From the NCBI GenBank assembly GCA_963728205.1, contig CAVSIV010000006.1, forward strand, positions 1,056,001 to 1,120,000: DNA of 64,000 nt, written 5' to 3'. A program made the position numbers and the translations under genes. The notes under the pieces were generated by a model. The model was not told where the DNA came from. It saw nothing but the letters and a program-made list of their open reading frames with translations, and made no database searches. The stretch is from an uncultured Chloroflexia bacterium. Lineage in GTDB: Bacteria > Chloroflexota > Dehalococcoidia > UBA2979. Of this stretch, positions 10,215 to 26,044 are shown piece by piece (position 1 is the stretch's first letter; every line of letters starts with the position of its first letter).

Positions 10215-12284
10215 GTGCGCGACGGGTGGCTCGTACTCGCCACCGTCATGGCAGTGCTCGCAGCGATGGCGTGGCCGGCGCCGCGCGCGCACGCCGCGAC
10301 GCTCGACGAGCTGTGCACGCACGTCGCACAGCAGGCCGGCCGCGCGCCGGTGAAGATGGCCGTGGTCGTGGTCGATCTGGCGTCGGGTCAGCAGTGCGAC
10401 GTGAATGGGCAGCAGCCGTTCCAGACGGCGTCGCTCTACAAGCTCGTCGTGCTCGCGGAGGCCTACGAGCAGCAGGCGGCCCATACCTTCAGCTTCGAGG
10501 AGCCCCTGACGATCGAGCCGCGCCACTCCGTGGACAATCCGCCGGAGTTCCAGCTGACCGTGCCGATCCAGACGACCACCGGCGCCGCGATGCACGCCAT
10601 GATCCAGATCTCCGACAACGCCGCCGCCGCTGCGCTGCGCGAGCGGCTCGGGTACGACGCCGTCGCCGCCGAGCCCGCGCACCTCGGCATGACGCACACC
10701 TCGCTCGGCGACACCTTCGTCACCACTCCGGACGACATCGCGTACTTCTTCGAGCGCCTGTACGCCGGCGCGATCGTCGACCCGCAGAGCAGCAGCGCGA
10801 TGCTGCAGGTGCTCCGCGGGCAGGAAGAGAACGACCTGATTCCCGCGGCGCTGCCGGCGGGCATCGCGGTCGCGCACAAGACGGGCGAGCTCAACGAGGT
10901 CCTGCACGACGCCGGCATCGTCTACGCGCCGGCCGGCGACTTCGTCCTGGTGACCATGACCGAGAACGGCGGGGACTACTCCGGCTCGGTCGACGCCATC
11001 CATGCGATGTCGAAGCTCGTCTTCAACGCCTACAGCGGTAGCGCGCCGCCGACGAGGTCCGTGGCGGCAGGCGGCGGTCGCACCGCTCGCGCCGCCGCAC
11101 CGGCGGCGGCCGGCGGTTCCGTCGCCCGCGCGCAGCTCGTGGCGAACGGTCCGGCCGCTTCCGTGGTGCAGGTGGCGCAGGCGCGCCCCGCACCGCTCGT
11201 CTTCATTGCGTCATCCGGGTCGCCCTGGTGGCAGCCCGATGCGCCGGAGGTCGTGATCCTCGCGCTCGCCGCGATGGTCCTGGTCCCGGCGATGATGTTC
11301 GGCCGCCGCGCAATCGCGGTGCGTCGCGGACGGCTGTCGGAGGCTTTTGCCGATGCCGTGAGCCGGCCCCAGCCGGCGGAAGGGGACCTGAGGATGCGAT
11401 TCGGCACCCGCAGCAGGGACGAGGAACTCGATCAGATGGACATGCCGGAAGAGGCGGCACCTGCCGTCGGAATGGACGCGGGGATGAGCGACGCTCAACC
11501 GCTGCTGCCGTCGCGCCGGCTGCAGCGCATTGTCGACCTGTTCCGCTCGCACACCGAGCTGCTCGACGGGATGCGCGTGCAGTTCCAGGAGGAGCTGCAG
11601 CCGCTCAACGAGCTGCTGGCCCGGCAGGGCTCGACGATGCAGCAGGTGCTTTACAACCTCGAGGAGCGGCTCCGCCCGCTCAACGAGTACGCCGACAGCG
11701 AGGAGTCCAACCTCGAGGCGCTCGAGCGGCGGATGCGCGAGTCGGGGAGCGACTTCGTGGCGCGCTCGTTCTCGGAGTACGTGCAGCAGCAGCGCAAGCG
11801 CATCTCGGAGACGCGCCAGCAGATCGAGCAGCAGCGCACGCCGTTCACGCAGTACAGCGAGGACCAGCGCGACGCGGTCGAGATCGCGCTCGCGCGGTTC
11901 GATGACGACGTCGAGGCGCTGGAGCTCAACCTCGTCGAGCAGCGGAAGATCATGATTCGCATGCTCGACTCGATGCGCTCCGACTCCTTCGCCGCGGTCA
12001 AGGAGTTCCTCCAGAACCGCGAGGAGGTCATGGCCGAGATGGCGACGAGCGGCATGACCGACCCGGGCGAGATCGGCCGGTCGGTGCAGGCGCTCCGCCA
12101 GAGCATCGAGGCGCTGGCGCGCGAGTCGGCGCACATCCAGTCGGTACTGCAGACGACCGACGAGGCGGACCGCCGCCTGTCGCGCGCCGGCGGCACGGCC
12201 GGTCCGCGGGCGTTCCCGAACCAGGGTCGCACGCGCGAGACGGTCGGCGTCGCGGCCGACGATGACGACGAGGCGACCGCGTAG
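10215..12284 (+). CDS. Class A beta-lactamase-like serine hydrolase fused to a TM helix and a long coiled-coil domain
   Basis: Signal peptide (AHA|A), SLYK, SDN and HKTG motifs, Ala-rich linker, TM VVILALAAMVLVPAMMF, ~290-aa Glu/Gln/Arg-rich helical C-terminus. Confidence 0.8.
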   Translation: MRDGWLVLATVMAVLAAMAWPAPRAHAATLDELCTHVAQQAGRAPVKMAVVVVDLASGQQCDVNGQQPFQTASLYKLVVLAEAYEQQAAHTFSFEEPLTIEPRHSVDNPPEFQLTVPIQTTTGAAMHAMIQISDNAAAAALRERLGYDAVAAEPAHLGMTHTSLGDTFVTTPDDIAYFFERLYAGAIVDPQSSSAMLQVLRGQEENDLIPAALPAGIAVAHKTGELNEVLHDAGIVYAPAGDFVLVTMTENGGDYSGSVDAIHAMSKLVFNAYSGSAPPTRSVAAGGGRTARAAAPAAAGGSVARAQLVANGPAASVVQVAQARPAPLVFIASSGSPWWQPDAPEVVILALAAMVLVPAMMFGRRAIAVRRGRLSEAFADAVSRPQPAEGDLRMRFGTRSRDEELDQMDMPEEAAPAVGMDAGMSDAQPLLPSRRLQRIVDLFRSHTELLDGMRVQFQEELQPLNELLARQGSTMQQVLYNLEERLRPLNEYADSEESNLEALERRMRESGSDFVARSFSEYVQQQRKRISETRQQIEQQRTPFTQYSEDQRDAVEIALARFDDDVEALELNLVEQRKIMIRMLDSMRSDSFAAVKEFLQNREEVMAEMATSGMTDPGEIGRSVQALRQSIEALARESAHIQSVLQTTDEADRRLSRAGGTAGPRAFPNQGRTRETVGVAADDDDEATA

Positions 12285-12418
12285 GCAGCGGACCTCGCAT
12301 CTCAGGTCCTCTCCGCTCGGGTGGCACCGACGCAACGGCGTCACCCGGGCGGGTCCCTTCCTCATGCGCGCCTCATGCGCGGCGGCCCTGACCGGCAGGG
12401 CGGCAGGTGAAGGCCCGG

Positions 12419-13243
12419 TCAGTCCTCGCGCGTGTCGCCGAGGACGAAGCCCTTGCTCAGGTCGACCTCGTCGACGGTGCCGGGCGCGAAGCCCTGCTCC
12501 AGCTCCGAGACGTCGACGACGTTCCCGCGCTCGACCTCGCGCTCCAGCTCGGCGCGACGCTCTTCGCGGCGCTCCTTCGCCTCGCGCGTGACCTCGAGGT
12601 CCTCGGCGACGTGCTCGCGGAGCGTGCGCGCCGGCGCGTCCGACGACCGCGGCACACGCGCCTCCAGCACCTGGTGCAACGTCGAATAGTGGTTTCCGCC
12701 GAGGAAGAGCAGCGGCTGTGCCTCCTCGGGACCGCCGACGAGCCAGCGCTCCTCGAACGACGCCGGGTTCACGTGCACAGCGACGGCCAGGCCGATGAAG
12801 AGGACGTGATCGCCGAACGGCATCACCTCCTGCAGCTCGCACTCGATCCAGCCGGCGCACCCGGCGATCAGCGGCGCGGAGACGTGCGTCCCCGGGAAGG
12901 TCTCGAGCTCCGTCGCCTCGAACTTGTCGACCTCGTCGCCGTGCAGCGCGCCGAGGTACTGGACGTGGTGGAGCAGCGGCCGCGCCGGGATGTTGAGAGC
13001 GAACTCCTGCGAGTGCGTGATCATGTCGACGGTATGCCGACGCTCGCCGACGGCGATCGCGACGAGCGGTGGATCGGCCGACAGCGGCATGTGCCAGGAG
13101 AGGGGCATCACGTTGGGCTGACCGCGCCATGACGTTGTGACGAGCGCGACTGGCCCGCCCATCAGCAGGCGCGGCGCGGTCGCCGCCGGCCGGTGCTGCA
13201 TGTCGGCGGGTGGCGCGTGGAGGAGCGGGTCGTCTGATGTCAC
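12419..13243 (-). CDS. Flavin reductase-like FMN-binding protein with charged C-terminal tail
   Basis: PVALVTT, PNVMPLSW, PPLVAIAV, EFALNIP, IECEL, GDHVLFIG. Confidence 0.85.
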   Translation of the reverse strand: MTSDDPLLHAPPADMQHRPAATAPRLLMGGPVALVTTSWRGQPNVMPLSWHMPLSADPPLVAIAVGERRHTVDMITHSQEFALNIPARPLLHHVQYLGALHGDEVDKFEATELETFPGTHVSAPLIAGCAGWIECELQEVMPFGDHVLFIGLAVAVHVNPASFEERWLVGGPEEAQPLLFLGGNHYSTLHQVLEARVPRSSDAPARTLREHVAEDLEVTREAKERREERRAELEREVERGNVVDVSELEQGFAPGTVDEVDLSKGFVLGDTRED

Positions 13244-13354
13244 GCGACGAGTATACGAACCGGCCCCGGCCGAGGCCTGCGGCCGCGGCGACGGGGCTGT
13301 CCGGCGTGGCGGGGTCGGTGGGGGCGGGCACCGGCCCGGGCGAGCGGTCGGCGG

Positions 13355-13564
13355 CTAGTAGCCGCGGATCTCGTGCGCCTGCTGGGGCGCGAAGTGCTCG
13401 CCGCAGGAGCTGCAGATGTACTCGGTCGCCTTGTCCGCCTCGCCCATGTCCTCGGCGTTGCCCCAGCGTGGCACGAGCTGGGTGTGCGGACAGTCGACGG
13501 AGTCGACCGGGGTCGAGGCGACCGGCTTCGCGCCGCCGCCGAAGAGCTTCGACAGGATCCCCAT
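13355..13564 (-). CDS. Small putative Zn-binding protein (69 aa), paralogue A
   Basis: SD GGAGAGGA; MGILSKLFGG...CPHTQLVPRWGNAEDMGEADKATEYICSSCGEHFAP; aligns with the adjacent ORF. Confidence 0.8.
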   Translation of the reverse strand: MGILSKLFGGGAKPVASTPVDSVDCPHTQLVPRWGNAEDMGEADKATEYICSSCGEHFAPQQAHEIRGY

Positions 13565-13682
13565 GTGACGTTCCTCTCCGCCCGCCGCGCGCGGGCGTCC
13601 GCCGCCCACGCTAACACGTGCGTGCGTAAGTCCCGGGAGCCGTGGTGGGGATGCGGTCGGGGCGGACGGGGGTCGCGCGGGA

Positions 13683-13898
13683 CTAGATCATGACGCGCTT
13701 CAGCTTGCGGTCCTGCACGAGGTACGGCGGGAACTCGCGGTGACAGCGGTGGCAGACCCACCCCATAGCCTTCGAGTCGTCGTCCATGACCTCGGGCCCG
13801 CGCCAGCGCGGCATCAGCGTCTCGTGGGCGCATGCGTCGGCGTCGGGGTCGGTGTGGTGGGCGGCCACGCCGGACGCGTTTGTCGGATCGTCAGCCAT
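13683..13898 (-). CDS. Small putative Zn-binding protein (71 aa), paralogue B
   Basis: SD AGGAGGAG; CAHETLMPRWRGPEVMDDDSKAMGWVCHRCHREFPP. Confidence 0.8.
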   Translation of the reverse strand: MADDPTNASGVAAHHTDPDADACAHETLMPRWRGPEVMDDDSKAMGWVCHRCHREFPPYLVQDRKLKRVMI

Positions 13899-14037
13899 CG
13901 GTCACTCCTCCTCCGGACGCGCGCGAGGGTACCGCCGGCGTGCCGGGCGGAGAAGCGCCCGCAGCGTTTACATCTCCACCGCCGCGCGTGCGTACACTGA
14001 TGCCGTTACGTCACCCCGCTCGTTCAATGGCTGGTTC

Positions 14038-16017
14038 GTGGAATACCTCTCGCGCCTCGTTCGGCGGCCGGTCTGCTTCGCCGCGATCGCAATGATCGCG
14101 GCGGTTGCGCTCGGCGCGTGCGGCGCGATCCGGCCGGGCGCGCCCAGCGTCGGCGTCACGGATTCCGCGACCGCGGGCGCCGCGGCGACGGCAGTGGCCT
14201 CCGCGACGCCGACGAACGGCGCGACGACGGAGCGCGTGGAGGTCACGGCCGTGGACGGCCTGGTCCCGGCGCTCGACCTCCTCCGCTCGCTGGGTGCGCA
14301 CATCGAGGTGATCTCGGGCGGGCGCATCCAGGCGCAGGTGCCGAGCGACCGCATGGGCACGCTCGCAGCCGCAACCGACATCGTCCGCGTCGACCCGCCG
14401 GCGGTGCTCGTGCCGCTCGAGAACCCGGTCACCGCACTCGCGCGCATCGGCGCCGACCGCTGGCACACCGCCGGCTTCACCGGCCACGACGTGAAGGTCG
14501 CCGTGATCGACGCCGGCTTCCTCGGCTATGCGTCCGCCATCGGCGACGCGCTGCCCACCGGAACGGTCGCCCACAGCTTCCGCGCGGACGGCGACCTCCA
14601 GGCCGGAACCGATCACGGCCTGCGCGCGGCGGAGATCGTGTCGCGCGTGGCGCCGGGCGCGCAGATCTACCTCCTCAACTTCGGCACGGTCACTGAGCTC
14701 TCGGCGGCGGTCGACTGGGTGATCTCTCAGCGCATCGACGTCGTCTCCTTCTCGCTCGGCTTCATTCACAACGGCGCGGGCGACGGGACCGGGCCGGTCG
14801 ACGAGATCGTGGATCGCGCGACGGCGGCCGGCGTGATGTGGGTCGCCGCGTCCGGCAACTGGGCAGAGCAGCACTGGTCGGGCGTATTCACCGACACCAA
14901 CGGCGACTCGGTCAACGAGTTCGCTCCGGGCGTGCGCGATGACGGTCACTTCTTCAACGCGGGCGATCTGATCATTGCGTCGCTGCGGTGGGACGACACA
15001 TGGGGCGCGGCCTGCTCCGATTACGACCTCGAGCTGTTCGGGCCGGACGGCGCGCTGGTGCGCGCCTCGCGCGACCTCCAGGCGTGCAGCGGAAACCCAA
15101 TCGAGGGCATGCAGGTGCTCGCGACGAAGACCGGCCGCTACACGGTGCGCATCGTGCAGGCCGGCTCCAGCCGGCCGAAGCGACTGGACCTCATGGTCGT
15201 GGGCTCGCCGGACCGCGGGAACCCGCTCGACTTCTACACGCCCGACGGGTCGCTGTCACAGCCGGCCGACGATCCGACGGTGTTGACCGTGGGTGCGGTG
15301 ACCGGGACGGACCTCGGCGCGGAGGCACCCTACTCGTCCCGCGGGCCGACGACCGACGGTCGGCGCAAGCCGAACCTGCTGGCGCCGACCGGGCTGGCGA
15401 CCGCGACGAGCGCGGCCTTTGCCGGCACGTCGGCCAGCGCGCCGCACGTAGCGGGCGCGCTCGCGCTGCTGCGCGAGGCGTACCCCGGCGTCACGGGCGC
15501 GGGGATCGAGTCGCGGCTGACGGAGCGCGCGGTGCCCGCCGACCCGGTGGCGGACGGGACGCCGGGCGTCGGCGTCGTGGCGATGGGATCGCTCGCCGGG
15601 CTCGGGCCATTGCTGCCGGCGGGGGCGGACGAAGCGTTCTTCGTCGGCCAGCTGCCGCCGGTCGCGGGCCTCGCGCTGCTGTCGTACCAGGGGCCAGACG
15701 GCTACCCGCTGCGGTTCGCGCACCTGCTGCTGGGCGGGCGCGACGCGGACGCGGCGTTCCGCTTCGATGGCTCCGTCCAGCGATTCCGCGTCTACATCGC
15801 CGGCGCACCGGAGTTCGTGAGCGACTTCACGCGGCTGCGCAACGGAGACATCGTGATCGTTCAGCTGGGCGTGGGCGGCGGCGCTCGCGGGCCGAGCGCC
15901 GCCGCCGCGGCGAGCCCCGTGGCGACCGCGACGCCCGCGCCCAGCGTCATGCCGGCGCCGACCGCGACGCGATCAGCCGCGCTCGTGCCTCGATCCATCG
16001 GCTACGCGCCGCCCTGA
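14038..16017 (+). CDS. S8 subtilisin-like serine peptidase, probable lipoprotein
   Basis: Lipobox-like LGAC; catalytic VIDAG, DHG, oxyanion ASGN, FAGTSASAPHVAG; start uncertain (14038 or 14092). Confidence 0.88.
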   Translation: MEYLSRLVRRPVCFAAIAMIAAVALGACGAIRPGAPSVGVTDSATAGAAATAVASATPTNGATTERVEVTAVDGLVPALDLLRSLGAHIEVISGGRIQAQVPSDRMGTLAAATDIVRVDPPAVLVPLENPVTALARIGADRWHTAGFTGHDVKVAVIDAGFLGYASAIGDALPTGTVAHSFRADGDLQAGTDHGLRAAEIVSRVAPGAQIYLLNFGTVTELSAAVDWVISQRIDVVSFSLGFIHNGAGDGTGPVDEIVDRATAAGVMWVAASGNWAEQHWSGVFTDTNGDSVNEFAPGVRDDGHFFNAGDLIIASLRWDDTWGAACSDYDLELFGPDGALVRASRDLQACSGNPIEGMQVLATKTGRYTVRIVQAGSSRPKRLDLMVVGSPDRGNPLDFYTPDGSLSQPADDPTVLTVGAVTGTDLGAEAPYSSRGPTTDGRRKPNLLAPTGLATATSAAFAGTSASAPHVAGALALLREAYPGVTGAGIESRLTERAVPADPVADGTPGVGVVAMGSLAGLGPLLPAGADEAFFVGQLPPVAGLALLSYQGPDGYPLRFAHLLLGGRDADAAFRFDGSVQRFRVYIAGAPEFVSDFTRLRNGDIVIVQLGVGGGARGPSAAAAASPVATATPAPSVMPAPTATRSAALVPRSIGYAPP

Positions 16018-16090
16018 GCGACGGCGCTCGTGCCGGGAATTTCCCGGGTTCCACCCCTGATTTTCGCCGGGATCGACCGTGGAGATTTCG

Positions 16091-16119
16091 TTGACACCCC
16101 CGCGGCGTCTGGATACCGT
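16091..16119 (+). promoter_or_regulatory. Putative rpoBC promoter
   Basis: TTGACA-N17-TACCGT about 200 nt upstream of rpoB. Confidence 0.5.
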
Positions 16120-16319
16120 TGTCGATCTGCGCACGAACGGGTACACTCTGATGTGCGTGGGGCGCGGTCGATTCATTGGTCATAGGTTGCTTACCCCGGC
16201 GGCTGCCGAGGCCGTTCGGGGTCTTTCTGCGTCCATCGGCCTCACCTGTAACTACCTCGCGCGCGCATAGCCGAACAGACCGCCCCTGCTTCGCGACGGG
16301 CCTGTGAGGGGAGTATCGC

Positions 16320-24421
<8,102 letters not shown>

Positions 24422-24448
24422 CGGCCCGGTCGACTGGCTGTCATGAGC

Positions 24449-24476
24449 GAAGGGCCCCGGGTGACCGGGGCCCTTC
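24449..24476. terminator. Intrinsic terminator after rpoC
   Basis: GAAGGGCCCCGG-GTGA-CCGGGGCCCTTC followed by TTC. Confidence 0.85.
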
Positions 24477-24504
24477 TTCGTGTCCTCGCGCGCGCCCGGG
24501 CCGG

Positions 24505-25101
24505 CTAGGCCGGCTCGTTGCGACGGCGTGCGCGGTAGGCGCGCGCCTTCGCACGGGCGCCGCAGTCGGCCATCGAGCACCAGCGGCGCGACCGGTTCTT
24601 CGAGCGGTCGACGAACGCCCAGTGACAGTTGTCGCCGCTGCAGAGCCGGATGCGGTCCCACGTGCCGTCGATGGCCGCGTCGTGCGCGACCAGCAGCGCG
24701 AGCGCGGCGATCGCGAGCGCGCCGTCGCCGGCCGGTTCGAGCACCACGCGCCCGTCGGCGGCGACGCCCAGCCGCAGGGGCAGCTCCGCCGCGAGCCGGT
24801 CGAGCTCCGACGGGTCCGCGGCGTCGCCGTCGAGCAGGAGCGCGAGCAGCCCGTCGCGGACGTCGCGCGCCAGCGCGACGTCCGCGGGGCGGATGCGCGC
24901 GGCGTCGCCCACGAACGAGCGGAGGCGGGCGTCGAGCGCCCGCGCGGTCTCGGGCATGGCGTCGACGAGGCCGTCCGGGGCGCGCTCGGCCGCCCAGGTG
25001 CGAAAGGCGGCGGGGTCGGGCGGATCGAACCAGTCGGCGGTGATGTCCCAGTCGTGGGTGTTCAGGAACGCGAGCAGCGGTGCGAGCGCGGTGTCTTCCA
25101 C
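24505..25101 (-). CDS. ABATE/CGNR zinc-finger putative transcription regulator
   Basis: N-terminal AFLNT; C-terminal RIRLC-x4-C-W-F-D-SKNRSRRWCSMADCGARAKAR. Confidence 0.9.
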   Translation of the reverse strand: MEDTALAPLLAFLNTHDWDITADWFDPPDPAAFRTWAAERAPDGLVDAMPETARALDARLRSFVGDAARIRPADVALARDVRDGLLALLLDGDAADPSELDRLAAELPLRLGVAADGRVVLEPAGDGALAIAALALLVAHDAAIDGTWDRIRLCSGDNCHWAFVDRSKNRSRRWCSMADCGARAKARAYRARRRNEPA

Positions 25102-25107
25102 GTGGCC

Positions 25108-25193
25108 ATCATAACATCACCACCATTCAACTGTTGACAGGTGACGGTCACGGGGATTAGTGTCGTCACCGACAAACGGCGTTTTGCCGGTGG
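25108..25193. promoter_or_regulatory. Divergent promoters with two TCACC-N18-GGTGR boxes
   Basis: Plus strand TTGACA(25134)-N18-TAGTGT(25158); minus strand TG-n-TATGAT(25113-25108); boxes at 25117-25144 and 25166-25193. Confidence 0.55.
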
Positions 25194-25224
25194 CGGTTCG
25201 GGCCGGGGCAACGGAGCGAAGGGC

Positions 25225-25506
25225 ATGTGGTTCTACGACCCTTATGAGCACGAGTGGCAGCTGGCGCGTCGGCGCGACCGGCGCATCCGCACCGGCGCCG
25301 GCGCCGGCGCCGGGGGCGATCGGCGACAGCCGGCGGCGCGCCCGCCGCTCCGGCGCGCGACCACGTCGCGTCCGCCGGGCGCCGGACGAGCCGGCCGGCT
25401 GGCGCTCGCGCTGCGCATCCTCGCGGACGAGCGGCTCGCAAGCGATGTCGTCGACGCCCTCGCGTCGGCGGGCTCGGTCGCGCCCGGCGATGGGTGCCGG
25501 GCGTGA
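25225..25506 (+). CDS. Small hypothetical Arg-rich protein (93 aa)
   Basis: ATG after GGAG/GAAGGG; stop overlaps next GTG (GTGA). Confidence 0.6.
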   Translation: MWFYDPYEHEWQLARRRDRRIRTGAGAGAGGDRRQPAARPPLRRATTSRPPGAGRAGRLALALRILADERLASDVVDALASAGSVAPGDGCRA

Positions 25507-25970
25507 CCCGCGCACCGGCACCCCGCGACCTCGCCCTGCGCGTGCAGCGCCTCCTCGCAGACGAGTCCGCGCGCTGGAGCGCGCTCGTCGTCCGGCTGGA
25601 CGGCGCTGGCGACGGCGTCCTCTACGCCGGCGCCGGGGTCGCGTGGGATGCGCGCGAGGTGTACGCGCATCTCGCGCGCTGGTTCGACGTCGCGCTCGAC
25701 TCCTTCGCAGCCGACGCGACGTCGCGACCGCTGCCCGACGTCGCGGACTGGGACACGCGCAACCTGGCGTGGCACGCGGCGGATCGCGCGCGCACGCTCG
25801 GCGACGCGCGGGCGCACGCCGTGGCGGCCCACGACCGGTTGATCGCCGGCGCGCAGGCCCTCCCCGCGGCCCTCTGGACGGACGCGCTCTGTGACCGCTT
25901 CGAGGGCTGCGCGCCCGGGCACTACGCGGAGCACCTCGCCTACCTCAGCGCCGGCCGACACGCCGGCTGA
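25503..25970 (+). CDS. DinB/YfiT-superfamily protein
   Basis: WDAREVYAHLARW and HYAEH metal-ligand pattern. Confidence 0.7.
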   Translation: MTRAPAPRDLALRVQRLLADESARWSALVVRLDGAGDGVLYAGAGVAWDAREVYAHLARWFDVALDSFAADATSRPLPDVADWDTRNLAWHAADRARTLGDARAHAVAAHDRLIAGAQALPAALWTDALCDRFEGCAPGHYAEHLAYLSAGRHAG

Positions 25971-26044
25971 CAGTGCAGGGCCGCGACAACGAGCGTATCC
26001 GCGTGCAGGCGGTAGCATGGCGGACGCATCGAAAGCGAGCCCTC

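Noticed and set aside
13740-13754. CHRCH as a c-type heme motif
   Set aside because: No signal peptide, and the paralogue has CSSCG at the same position, so Zn-type CxxC is more likely.
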